DNA of 64,000 bases. Origin: Ginglymostoma cirratum. Its lineage: Eukaryota. The translations under genes and the position numbers were made by a program. The notes beneath the pieces are model-generated. The model saw only the letters and a program-made list of their open reading frames with translations. It ran no database searches and was not told the DNA's origin. Every line of letters begins with the position of its first letter. Position 1 is the first letter of the stretch. The stretch is from positions 28,735,356 to 28,799,355 of the forward strand of contig JAHRHZ010000009.1 in NCBI GenBank assembly GCA_024137785.1, read 5' to 3'. Below, piece after piece: positions 27,403 to 39,704 of this stretch.

Positions 27403-27724
27403 GGGTGACACAGTGGCTCAGTGGTTAGCGCTGCTGCCTCACAGCGCCAGGGACCTGGATTCAGTTCCACCCTCGGGCGACTGTCTGTGTGAAGTTTGCA
27501 CGTTATCCCTTTGTCTGTGTGGGTTTCCTCCAAGTGCTCTGGTTTCCTCCCACAGTCCAAAGATGTGCAGGCTTGGTGGATATGCCATGCTAAATTGCCT
27601 GTAGTGTTCAGGGATATGTAGATTAGGTGGGTTATAGGGGGATGGGTCTGGGTGGACTGCTCTGAGGGTCGGTGTGGAATTGTTAGGCCGAAGGGCCTGT
27701 TTCCACACTGTAGGGATTCTGTGA
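27403..27724 (+). mobile_element. HE1-like V-SINE
   Basis: Head cagtggctcagtggttagcgctgctgcctcacagcgccagggacc, V-domain gtttgcac...gggtttcctcc...ggtttcctcccacagtccaaagatgtgc, and CR1-type tail ggccgaagggcctgtttccacactgtagggattct. Confidence 0.9.
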
Positions 27725-29447
27725 AAAAAGAGCAGATATGTTTGGATGAAGAATGTCAAAATGCTCTTAAACTGGGAAAAGAGCAAATTATGAAGAAATA
27801 AACATGTAACTAATGAAGATAATCCTGGATAAAAATTTGAAAATCAGAGAGGCTGATGAAGAACAAGGATTCCACTAATAGCAAAAATCAATTAACAAGC
27901 TAATTATGTGGCATAGAGAACAAATGAAAAAATTGAATCAATAGGAGGAAAAAAAAGTACAAAAATGTCTTGGATACCAAAGGAAAAGAGGGCAAAGGGG
28001 AAAAAAATTTAGGGAAGGAATAGGCCCACTTAAGGATGGGCAAGGTAAACTCACAGGTGATGACAGAGAAATGGCAGTCCTTCTTGGAGGTGGGTCATAA
28101 CATGTCCAAACAGGTTGACTTAAAAATATTTTACTGAAGAAAATAGCAATAGGAGAGAAAAGAACGATATTACAGTTGAGATAAAATGGGGGTAAAAATG
28201 TAGTTGACAAGCCTGTATTCTTCATTGCTTTCTCTTCCACTGCTGGTGTTTGACAAGGTGTTTCCCAAAACCCGCTTCCACAGCCATGTTTCCTTTCTTA
28301 GCAACTGCTTGGAAATGACTCTGACTTACCCCACGTGGATTTGAACTCAAGTTTCACCCTTTTGTGTTTCAAATCCACCCAGGATTACAAGTATCACCAG
28401 GACATAGAACGTTTTCCAGACTCCTGCACCTGCCACATCCTGCGATCCACGATCAACGCCATGTTCTGTCATCCGCGCACACTCGACTCCACTCTGCAGC
28501 AGCATCGACTCACCCCCTCTCAAAGCTGTGCCGGTCCCAAGTTTCACATCATCCTTCGCCTCAATAAAAGGCTTCTCTTTCTTTCAGACATCAAGGTCTG
28601 TAAGCTCCAGCAGCTTATGGACTCCAACATCTGCCCTGCAGACTGTCCCTTAGCATCCACCCCTTCCCAGTCCTCAGATGCCATTGTTTAGTCCCCCTGA
28701 GGCCACACCCCCCGAACCCCAGCCTTTGCGGTGTTTTCACCATACCTCTTCTCCGAAATTGAACATACTGTTGTCAGCAAAGGACTCAGCTTTATCCACT
28801 TACACCCCCACCTTAATGAATTTCAGGCTTATCTCTGTTTCCGTGCTCACTTCTTTGGGCAGGACTCTTACCCTCCTACCCAAAAAAAAAGTTCCACTCA
28901 TCCCTTCACCCGCCTCCAGTATTCACCCTCCACTTGGACTCCTTCCGCTGGCCTTTTACCTGTCCTCGATCTCTTCCTTGAAAACTGCTGATGTGACATT
29001 GGCCGTCCCATTTTCTCTGCTCTTCTCACCCACTGTAACCTATCCACTTCTGAAATTGCTGCACTTAGCTGTCAGGTCCAACCCTAACTTTGTTGTCAAA
29101 CACGCTGACAAAGGTGGTGTTGTTGTAGTCTGGTGCACTGATATTTACCTTGCCGAGACTCAATGCCACCTCTCGGACACTTTTTCCCACCAGCTCCTGG
29201 ACCATGACTCACATCCGAACGTCAAGCCATTGTTGCCAGGTCTGTCACTGACCTCATTACTTCTGGAGATCTCCCCCTCCCACCTCCCCCAATTGCCTCC
29301 AACCTTGTAGTCTCCCAAACCCAGACAACCTGCTTCTACTTTCTTCCCAAAATCCACAACCTGACTGTCCGGTAGGCCCATCGCATCAGCCTGATCCTGC
29401 CCCACCAAGCTCATTTCTTCCTACCTTGAGTCCATCCTCCTCCATTT

Positions 29448-29740
29448 GGGGTAGCACGGTGGCTCAGTGGTTAGCACTGCTGCCTCACCGCCAGGGACCT
29501 GGGTTCAGTTCCACCCTCGCACGACTGTGGAGTTTGCACATTATCCCCGTGTCTGCGTGGGTTTCTTCCAGATGCACCGGTTTCCTCCCCAGTCCAAAGA
29601 TGTGCAGATCAGGTGGATTGGCATTAGAAAATGTAGGGTTACAGGGACAGGGTAGATCATGGTGGGATGATTTTTGAAGGGTCGGTGTGGGCTTGATGGG
29701 CTGAATGGCCTACTTCCACACTGTGAAGGGATTCTATGAT
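29448..29740 (+). mobile_element. HE1-like V-SINE inserted in the PLE RT
   Basis: Head, V-domain and tail gggattctatgat present. Flanked by an imperfect duplication ccatcctcctccattt / tcatcctctctccattt. Confidence 0.9.
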
Positions 29741-31414
29741 TCATCCTCTCTCCATTTGTCCAGACCCTGCCCACCTACCTCTGCGATTCCTCTGATGCCC
29801 TCGACCATATTGAAAGTTTCCAGTTCCCTGGGCCTAACTGCCGCCTCTTCACCATGGATGTCCTATCTCACCCACCAGGATGTCTGCAAGCTCTTGGGTT
29901 CTCCAGGGGCCTGAACACTCCCCATCCACCACCGCTCTCCTCCACATAGATGAACTTGTTCTCTCACTGAACGATTTCTCCTTTAATTCATCTCACTTCT
30001 GCCAAGTCAAAGGAGTGGCTAAGGGCACCCGCAGTGGTCCCAGTTATGCCTGCCTCTTTATGGGGTATGTGGAACAATCCTTGTTCCAGTCTTACACTGG
30101 TCCCCTCCCATAACATTTCTCTCGAGATGTCAACGACTGCTTCAGTGCTGCTTCATGCTCCCGCCAGGACCTTGAAAAATTTGTTCATTTTGCCTCCAAT
30201 TTTCCACCCCTCCTATAACTTTTACAATGCCCATTTCTGACACTTTCCATCCTTTCCTTGACCTCTCTGTCTCCATTTCAGGAAATAAACTGTCCACTGC
30301 CATCCACTATGAAGCCATTGACTCCCATAGCTACCTTCACAACTGCTCTTCACACCCCACGTCCTGCAAGGACTCCATCCTGTTCTCCTAGCTCCTTTGC
30401 CTGTGTCACATCTGTTCGGATGATGTCAATTTCAAAACAGTGCTGCTGATAATGCTTGCTTCTTCCATAATTGTGGTTTCCCATGCACTTTGGCTGACAG
30501 GGCCCTCAACCGCATCTGACCCATGACCAGTGCTTGCACTCTTGTCCCTTCCCATCACTTTCAGAAGCGTGATTGGGTCCCCCTTGTCCTCACTTTTCAT
30601 CCCATCAGCCTTCATATTCAAAGGATCATTCTGTGCCATTTCAGACAACTCCAACAGACCGCCACCATCAAACACACCTTCCCTTCACTCCCCCATCTGC
30701 ATTCCGCAGGAATCGTTCCCTCTGGGACACCCTAGTCCATTCCATGACCACCAACACCACCTCCCCCTTCCCATGGCACTGTCCAATTTAGCTGCAGATG
30801 GTGCAACACCTGCCCCTTCACCACCCAAGAACCTAAACAGTCTTTCTGGCTGAAGCAACATTTCCCCTGTACCACCTCCAATCTTGTGTATTGTATTTGC
30901 TGCACCCATGTGACTTACTCTATATTGGAGAAACCAAACGCAGACTGGGTGACCCCTTTGCAGAACTCCTCCAATCTGTGCGCAACCATGCCGGTTATTT
31001 TACCAGCATCCCGCTAACATGCCCACTTGTCCTTGGTGTGCTGCCGTGCTCCAGTAAATCACAGTGCAAACTGGAGGAACAACATCTCATCTTCAAGACT
31101 AAGCACTTTACAGCCTTCTGGACTTAATATTGAGTTCAGTTCTTGCAAATTGTGAACCAACTCCCATTTCTTCCCTCTCTTTTAGCTTTACTTGTTATGT
31201 TCTCTGTCACCATATCTGCTCTCCCCTCCGCCCACCTTGGTGGAACTGCCTGCTGTTTCAAGTCTGGCAGTTAGACACACCGTTGTTCTGCCATTCTCAA
31301 GTTCTGATCATTTAATCTGAACTATCAACATCTTTTCTCCACCAGTACTCTGCACCCCCACTATCTCCCCACCCCATCTGTTGCATAAATGCTGCATCCT
31401 CCACATTTCATTTC

Positions 31415-31453
31415 AGCTCTGATGAAGAGTTGTCTAGACTCGAAACATTAGCT
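31415..31453 (+). ncRNA. Minimal type I hammerhead ribozyme motif in PLE terminal repeat
   Basis: AGCT-CTGATGA-A-GAGTT(gtcta)GACTC-GAAAC-ATT-AGCT: 4-bp stem I, conserved core, 5-bp stem II. Activity not shown. Confidence 0.65.
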
Positions 31454-33162
31454 TGCTCTTTCCATAGATGCTGTCTGACCCACTGTGATCTTCAGCATTT
31501 ATTGCCCTCTACTCCTTTATCCTTCATGTGTTTGTCTACCTTTTTCTTCAGAAAGCATGTTACGGTATTTTGCTGATTTTTTGGCACTACTGACATATTG
31601 TTGCCGATCAAACAATGGTTGTGGCATAAAATAGTAAGATTTTCAGTATAACTATGCAGCAGGCTTGAATACGGTTTTATTTGAATGTACTTGAAGTTTT
31701 GAGTCTTTGTGCTATTGGCCTGTGGTAATTTCAGCTACAATTTTTACGAAAGCCCTGTAATACTGAAAGCAAGAGGACAGCCAAAAAATTGCCACACCGA
31801 AGGGAAGGTATACCATAGGGTTATTTGTGCTTGTAATGTTATAACTTCAACATGATCAGAAAGGGAGGCAAGAATATTTGAGAGAAGAATCCTAATTATT
31901 AATGTAGATATATTTAAACTTGTGATCATCTTTTAGCATTGATTTACATTGTGTATGAGTGTAAATCTCTGAAAATAAGAAAATTGAATAAATGCAAACA
32001 GCAAAATTTTAAGATAAACTTAATAGTGCAGCCAATAGAAAAGTGTGTTTAATAAATCTAATCTTAATTCACAGGATCCTAAGAACCTCTTAACACTCTA
32101 GGAAACCTGCATAAGTGCTATATTGTTTTAGCAATAATTCAGTATCAGTTAGTTTGAGCCAGTGGGATATATTGTCAAGAACAAATTAAAATTGTATGGC
32201 AAGCTGTAATCTTAGTTGCTGGAATACACTAAATTTCGTTATTTTAAATTTTAAAAATCTGAATTGTTTTATAAATAAAATGTGTAGCATCATTAAACTT
32301 TGCAAATTTTAAGCACTTTTATTATATTAATACTGATGTGAACTTTGAATCACTACAGGATTAAAAATAAATCAGGATTTTTAGATTAGTGGCTTGTCTA
32401 ACTGTTGTAGGCTTTCAATTGAAAGATCAGTTCATTTTCTTCAGTCCTAGAACTGCATCCGTTTTTCCACTTTAACAGCATTTCTAGAACCTGTTTTTTT
32501 AAGGACTGTACTAAATGTTGCCCTTTTTTTGTTGTTTTGTTCTAAATCTATTTCTGGTTTATTTTATCTTGATGGAGGAATTGAAATTAGTTCACTTAAA
32601 ATCTGCCTTGCTATTAGCTGCATCACTGCCAGTGAGTGAAGTCAATCAGTTTGAAGTCAGTGAGAGGTTTAGCTGTATAGGTTACCAGTGAGAAAGAGCA
32701 ATCATTTTGATGACAATAGAAGGGTTTAGCTGTCAAGTAAAGATTGCTAGTGGAAGTGGGAATTCTGTTTTTACACCTGTTTTAACCTTGCGAAAGATAG
32801 AATGAGAAGATTGGTCAATTTCATCACCGCGGTTAATTTAAGTTCTGGTGGTAGGATATATAAAATCCAATTCCCATCTTTAAAACCGACAGAAGGAGCT
32901 TATTTAATTTATTGTGACGGGGAGAAAGAAGTGGGAAGTGGTGTTTTCAGGAGGGATTCAGTATGGTAATAGTACCAGATGTTTATGTTGTTTCAGTTCT
33001 GATTTCTGTATTTGAGTGACTGTCTAACTACATGATGATATGGACGTTTTGACTAATGAATCAAAATCAGTGGTTTTTAATTTGCGTTCATTTAAGTCTT
33101 TTGTCTTTTTCAGGATTGTTCTAAAATAGTGCCTTAATTTTTATTTTTGTTTTTCCTTTTAG

Positions 33163-33266
33163 GACTGCTGCTGTTTTTCAGAGGTTTTATCAACTACCTG
33201 AAAATCAGAAATATGTCTGAGAACGTGGCTGCGACACACCGGACCAGACTTTTCTTCTTGTACTAG
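33163..33266 (+). CDS. NDFIP2: NDFIP2 last coding exon (exon extends to 33268)
   Basis: Acceptor tttttccttttag|GA. Translates (G)LLLFFRGFINYLKIRNMSENVAATHRTRLFFLY*, stop TAG 33264-33266, then donor AG|gtaatg at 33269. Confidence 0.95.
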
Positions 33267-33784
33267 AGGTAATGCTTCATTTCAATGGGTATACCAATAA
33301 CAATTTGACCATTGCCTTGTTTCTATATCACTTATCTGTTTTTTTAAGTCTTCTTCAGATCAATCTGTTCAGTACGATTTAAAATGCGTTTCTTCGGAAG
33401 TCCATTGCCTGCGTCCTGATTACACTCGTGCCTGTTGTGACAAGGACCTTGCAGATGGAGAAAATGTGGGACATGTAATGGTTGCATTGTGACCCCTAAG
33501 AATTGCACTTTTGATCACTTGTGTTCAGTTATGTCTGTTGGTTTGAAATATTCTGATGAAACATATGTCATGGTTTCTAGACCCGAAGTGAAATGTTGTG
33601 TGTCATTTAAAATCCTGCCCTGTGGAGTCAGCTCCAACATGCCCTTCCATTTAGATATCGATCCCAGGCTTTTGCTACAGTCTGTCACAGTCTAAAATTC
33701 ATACCTATATGAAAAAAAATTGCCACCAACGCAATGTAAGCAAAATTGAAACTGTGCTCTTCTGTAGTTTCTGGCCTTGACTCA

Positions 33785-35090
33785 GAAACATAAAAACATG
33801 AGTCCGCAATTTAGCCTGTGAAGCCTGCCCCACCTTTCAATTCAATAATAGTTGATTATTCACTTTAGTGCCTTTACCTGCCCCATCCCCAAAACTCAGT
33901 CCATCATTGATAATCAGAAATCTACAATCTTTACCTTAACAAACTCAGGCTGAGCTTCCATAGCCTTCTGTGATAGAGAATTCCAAAGGTTCAATCTTTT
34001 GTGTTTTAAAAAAAAAACTCATCTTGGTCCTAAGTGATATTCCCTTATTTTTTAAATTGTGCCCATTGGTTCGAGATTCTCCAACCAGGGGAAACATCTT
34101 ACCTGCATTGACTCTGTGTATCCCTTTACATATTTTCTAAGTTTCTCTGAGATCACCTCTCATTCTTCGAAGCTCTAGAGAATGTAGTCGCAATTTTCCC
34201 ACGCTGTCTTCATTGAACAGTCTTGCCATCCCTGGTGTAAGACTGGTGAACTTTTGTTGCATGCCCTCTATGGTCATAATATTTTTTCCTGAGATAAGGA
34301 GATCAAAATTGGACACATGCCAGCTGTGGTCTAACGAAGCTTGTGCACAATTGAAGCAAGATTCACTACTGCACTCAAATCTTCTTGTAATAAAGATTAA
34401 CATTTCTTTAGCCTTCCTAATAGCTTGCTGCATCTGCATGTTAGTAACTTATCCATAAGGACACTTAGGTCCCTTTGTACATCTATATTTTGTAACCTCT
34501 GCACATTTGTTTCTCCCACCAAAGCAGTTAACTTCACAGTTTTCCACATTGTATTTCATCTACCATGTTACCGTCCAACCACTAAGCCTGTCTAAATCAT
34601 CCTGAGGCTACTTTACATCTTCCACACAGCACACATTCCCACTTAGCTTTGTATCATCTGCAAATTTGTAAAGATTACATTTGGAGCCCATCTCCAAATT
34701 ATTGATATATATACTGGAACCAAAGTACTCATTCTTGCAGTACCTCATTAGGCACAATCTACCAATGCAAGTGTAGGCTGTGAATTTCAGTCCGTTTTCT
34801 GTCTGTTGGTTATTCGTTAATCCATGCCAGCACATTATCTTCTATTCCATGTATTTTAATTTTTCTGATAAGCCTCCGGTTGGGGCCTTCTGAAAATGTA
34901 TGTATATTATGTCCGTCAAGTCTCCTTTTATCAGTTTTGTTAGTAACATTTTCAAAGACTCCAAGTTTGTCAACCACATTTTCTGATTTGTAAATCCATG
35001 TTATCTATGTGCAATCAGATCATTATCATCCAAGTAAGTCCATTTATCATTTATAATATTATGTAATAGATGCTAGCAGTTTCCCTACTG
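33785..35090 (-). mobile_element. CR1 LINE RT to 3' end
   Basis: Minus ORFs contain YKFADDTKLSG and LHSLELRRMRGDL; 3' tail near 33785. Confidence 0.85.
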
Positions 35091-35903
35091 TCATCGAAGT
35101 AATGACTCATGTAAACCTATGCAGCTGAGTACATTTCTTATGTCTGTCCTGCTCCAAGAATTGCTTTCTTATATCCCTATAATGTTACTCAATTCATTAC
35201 TCACTTAACTAAGTTACGTTAAATAAACCAATACTTGCTGCTTCTACTATCTCAACACTGAGTTTGTATCATGAATTGACTACTCGTTTTCTGAAATATC
35301 GTTCTTGCAGGTTAGTTTTCAACTTATCCCCTTGGGATACAGGATAAACTCTGGTTCTGTTGTTCTGAGCAAGGTTTAATATGTTATTGAAGCCAATGTC
35401 TTCCCTTCTTTTAGAATCATGAATGAAGCTAACATATTACCTCTTGGCCATTTCTTTTCCATTGGGAACATACTGTGGTGACCAGAATTGGATACCTCAT
35501 TCAATGAGATATTGACCTAGTCATACCTACATTAGCATTATCAGACAATCAGTACAGTCATCCCACCCATTTTGGATCCAATCCAAGTTGAAAGTTTTCT
35601 TTGTTGTTCATTGAAGAATGTTTAAGACACTTGTTAGTCTTCACCTGGAGAATGATGTACAATTCTAGGTGTCACGTAATAGGAAGGATGTGAATGCATT
35701 AGAGAGAATACAGAAGCAATTTAAAGTAGCTCTAGAGATGAGAAACTTCTCTTATGAGAATAGATTGAAGAAGTTGACACTGTTCTTCTTGGAGAGAAGA
35801 TGATTAAGAGGACACCTGAAAGAGGATTACAAAATCATGACAGGCTGGACAGAGTAGATATGGAGAATCTATTCCTCCTTGTAAAAGGAACAAGAACGAG
35901 AGG

Positions 35904-35997
35904 TTCCTGCTCCCCTGATGTTCCGTGGCCTGCTGTGTTCATCCAGCTCCACACCTTGTTATCTCAGATTCTCCAGCATCTGCAGTTCCTACTATCT
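35904..35997 (+). mobile_element. Short PLE-end element (family P1), 5'-truncated
   Basis: ttcctgctcccctgatg...ccagctccacaccttgttatctcagattctccagcatctgcagttcctactatct. 13-bp TSD caagaac(g/a)agagg at 35891-35903 and 35998-36010. Confidence 0.85.
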
Positions 35998-36029
35998 CAA
36001 GAACAAGAGGGCCTAGATTTAAAGTGCTT

Positions 36030-36590
36030 TTATTATTACTTATTCACTCACCCATGGACATGGGCATCACTGGCTGACCAGTATTTATTGCCTTAAGAAG
36101 GAGGCGGTGAGCTGCCTACCTGAACACTGTAGTGCCTGTGCTATAGAATGCCTTTAGGGAGGGAATTCCAGGATTTTGACCCAGTGACATTGAAGGAACG
36201 GTGATATATTTCCAAGTCAGGATGGTAGTGGCTTGGAAGGGAACTTGCAGATTGTGGTGTTCCCATGCATCTCCTGTGCTTGTCTTTCTAGTGGTGGTGG
36301 GCTTGGAAGGTGCTGCTTAAGGATCTTTGGGGAATTTCTGCAGTGCATCTTGTAGATAGTACACACTGCTGCTACTGAGCATCGGTGGTGGAGGAAGTGG
36401 ATGCTTGAGGATGTCGTGTCAGTTGAGCAGGTGGCTTTGTCCTGGATGATGTTAAGCTTCTTGAATGTCAGAACTGAACCAATCAATGCAAGTGGGGATT
36501 AATCCATCACACTCCTGACTTTGGCCTTGTAGATTGTGGCCAGGCTTTGGGGAGTCAGGAGGTAGGTTACTCACCACAGTTTTCTAGCCT
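36030..36590 (-). mobile_element. LINE family B 3' end
   Basis: Minus ORF 36217-36486 reads KKLNIIQDKA...IHFLHHRCSVAAVCTIYKMHCRNSPKILKQHLP; tail shared with SINE B. Confidence 0.85.
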
Positions 36591-38282
36591 TTGATTTGCG
36601 AAAGAGGCAAGGGAGATATGAGAAAATATATGTTCTCACAGCCAGTAGTTAGACTATGGAATGCACTGCCTGGAAATGTGGTGGAGCCAGATTCAAATGA
36701 GGCATTCAAGAGACTATCAGAGGATTATCTGGATCAATATAATGTGCAAGGATATGGGGGGAAAGCAGGAGATTGGCAGTAGGTAATAATGCTCATTTGA
36801 AGATATAATAACCAAATAGCCTCTTTCTGCATTGTAACACTTCTGTGATGCTGCGATGTATGAAGACAGTGACTAGGCAGGCAATGTCTAAGGGGAGATC
36901 GTTTAAAAATCTGAATTGTTCAATTTTTTACAAACACATTAGGCCACTGCCAGCTTATTTTTGACAGTATGTTAAGGACAGGTTTGTGTCATGGGATACA
37001 GCAGCAGGTTTGAGGTGTGAGGAAGTATTGACCAGACTAAGTTCTCAAGGTTTTTTTTGCAGTCCTTGAAAGAGTGACATCACAATGAAGTCTTCAATCC
37101 CCTAAGACTCGATCACAGCCCCAGTAAATTTGGATCACTTTCATCACCAATCCTCCACTTCCCCATACCCAAATTTCAATTCTGATCATGATCTGCAGTC
37201 ACCTTCCTCCCTGATGGCAGCACTGATTTTCTTGGCCCCACAGATTCGATTGCAGTCTGCAGCCTTTGTCCTCCGCAGGCCTCCCACCACTGCATAAGGT
37301 TGCCTATATGAGGCCTGTCATTAAGATTGGCAGAAGGCTCACGTTTCCTACCTTGCTCTCAGAAAATCTCAGTCATTCCCAACTAATATCAAGGCTATGG
37401 GCTTACAGAAAATACATGATATTTATAAGTGATTATTTTTAATTAGAAGCCCAATCTCTCTTAATGGTCTGCTTTAATTACATTGGTTATTTTTAAACTT
37501 TTATCTGTATATTTTAATTTTTGAATAGTTTAATTCTCTGTTTGACCATTAAGTTTTACTGTGTGCATACAACCAACAGTACCTATTTAAGTTCAGAAAT
37601 ACCTAGAGACAAATGCAACAAAGTTCTTAAAAATAATTAAGTTGGGATCGTTAATCTTTAAGTGACTGAAAATATTTCAAGCCATTCATGTAATAACAAC
37701 AGCTTGTATTTACACAGAGCCTTTAAAGTAATAAAATGTTCCATGTTTCTACATCCCAAGGTGTTTCATTAATGGCATTGTAAAAACAAAGTAAACTGAG
37801 ACATGAATGGAGGATATTAGGATTGATTTCCATGAGTGTTGTCAGAGTTAAATTTCAATATCTCCTTATGTAAGTTGATGTGTTTTATGATATCTGTATG
37901 ACACACATTGGGATATGTTATTACATTAAAAGTGCTTTATAAATACAGATCAAATAAAAATAGAAAATGCTCTAAAAACATAGGTTTGTCAGTACCTGTG
38001 GAGAGAGAAACAAACTTGAACTATTAACCTTGTTTTTCTAAATCAATATGCTTGGATGATAGATTCGGGCTTATGGTATGGCGAGTGTGTACTATTCATA
38101 GTCCAGGCTTACATAGAATTAATAATTCTTTCAGTAAGCATCAAAAGGTTGATTACATAGACTGAATTGTTCCCTGTTGTCATTTTTTGCCTTCAGAACA
38201 GTATTGTTGAAGATTCAGAGGAAAATTGGGAAGGAAACTATTCCAAAATGGTTAATTTTGTAATTTTATATCTTTCTTCCAG

Positions 38283-39335
38283 TATGTGGCTAACGAGGAA
38301 CTCGAACATTCCTTCCTAATGTGAACTGTCCAGGTGTTGTGCTTCAAGCTGCCAAGTTATTTGGATGTAAAACTACTGAAGAATAAATAATTTAAGGTGT
38401 GACAACAAAATCTAAGTGGAATAATGAATCTCAAGACACTTCATAAAATGGGCCGAGTTCCTGAGTTGCTAGATGCTGGAACCTTCCCCTTCAAATTTTA
38501 AGTCCAGTGATCTTTTCAACGTATAAAGGTTCTAATCTACAAATTGCTACAGAAGAAATACAATGGAGCCTTCTTTTTTTTTGAACCCTGAATCATCGAT
38601 CAAACATTGACATTGAAATATGTCCGTGACTGACCACCCAAAATGCTTCACCATCCCACTTAACCAGTTCATAATCATTTGATCGATTTGATTTAAAGCA
38701 AACTATTTTTAAACTATTTAAAATGATTGAGCTTTAAAAGCAGTCTTTTTCTTGCTAAATTGGAAATATCTGAAGAACAAGTATGTAATTTACTGAAATT
38801 AGGATTAGAGCTGTATTAAATATCTTGATATGCCTTTTAATAGTTGCAGAACAAGTAGTTGTTCCCTTATTTGTATGGTTTTCCGCTTTTGAAATTGCTT
38901 TGATTGCTTATTCTCAGTGCCCGGTTCTACAGTGACTATTGCATGACATGAAACTGGTAACAACAATTTCTTTATTGGCTGAGCTATTGCTTCAGATTGC
39001 TAGAGAAATATAACTGGAATTTAATTTTAACATGGTGGTTGTAAATTATTTTTTACACCAATTATTTCCATGTTCTTTTTAAAGTAATCTAACAAGTCAA
39101 ATGATGGCGTAAGAAAGGATTGTGCACTTGATTCTGTGCTGATTTGTTTTTTCTTTTAAAATTGTTTCTGTTTAACTAGCTTACAACTGAAGTATACGTG
39201 ATGAAGAAAATCAAAGTCCCATTTGAAGTCAGTGATGGTGACTTCAGTTATGACTTTACAGAGATGTATGAAACAATATCCTGCACTTGTAAAACTTGTG
39301 GATAAACGAATAAATGCTGATTTAATAATTCGATT
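38283..39335 (+). other. NDFIP2: Probable NDFIP2 non-coding terminal exon (3' UTR)
   Basis: Strong acceptor ttttatatctttcttccag (ag 38281-38282), then about 1.1 kb of repeat-free AU-rich sequence with AATAAA signals. The start (cgaacattccttcctaatgtgaa) resembles my recollection of the mammalian NDFIP2 UTR start; not verified. Confidence 0.7.
39309..39314 (+). promoter_or_regulatory. Candidate main polyadenylation signal (others at 38382-38387 and 39396-39401)
   Basis: AATAAA followed about 20 nt later by a GU/U-rich tract ttttgttttgtttt. Confidence 0.55.
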
Positions 39336-39704
39336 TTGTTTTGTTTTCACCAACTCATTATAGGAAAATGAACTTCTATTTAGTTTCTGAATTTAAATAA
39401 AAATATATTTAAAGACTTTTGTAAAAATATAGTGCTTTGTATTTATCATCTGAAAAACATTAATTCTTTCATTTAATTACACCTTGAAGAAGCATATTTG
39501 GGTTTCTGCAACCAAATTGTGGAAAATATAGGGACATAAGAAATAGATGTGGAGTAAGCCATGCAGTTTGATTATTGCTGATCTACTTCAATGATACTTT
39601 CTTGCATTGTCTCCATATGCCTTGATATTTTAGTACGTACAAGTCTATTGATCTCCATCTTGAACATGCTCAGGAACTGAGGCACAACAGCTCTCCAGTG
39701 TAGT

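Larger units (their letters stand above)
26760..28215 (+). mobile_element. Very old CR1 endonuclease/linker remnant with nested insertions
   Basis: MGNFN motif (atgggcaatttcaac, about 27033) and ataggcccacttaaggat (IGPLKD). Interrupted by a PLE end and an HE1 SINE. Confidence 0.5.
28225..31505 (+). mobile_element. Near full-length, dead Penelope-like element (RT + GIY-YIG endonuclease)
   Basis: Frameshifted motifs SKGLSF, ADKGG, FYFLPKIH...GRPI, MDV, FSFNSSHF.QVKGVA.GT..GPSYACLFMGYVE, decayed RYIDD (cgagatgtcaacgac, about 30123), VYCICC...LLYIGETKRRLGD. Terminal repeat carries a hammerhead motif. Confidence 0.92.
35600..36850 (+). mobile_element. CR1 LINE 3' portion with two nested insertions
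   Basis: ttcttggagagaagatgattaagagg, FSQPVVRLWNALP (ORF 36591) and tail ctgcattgtaacacttctgtgatg. Confidence 0.8.

Noticed and set aside
27403-27475. tRNA-like sequences at SINE heads (also 29448, 44560, 56930, 62330, 9860)
   Set aside because: They run directly into SINE bodies and lack a full cloverleaf; not tRNA genes.
28678-29310. 210-aa ORF as a host gene
   Set aside because: Frameshifted chimera of PLE reading frames; only the ADKGG segment is in the RT frame.
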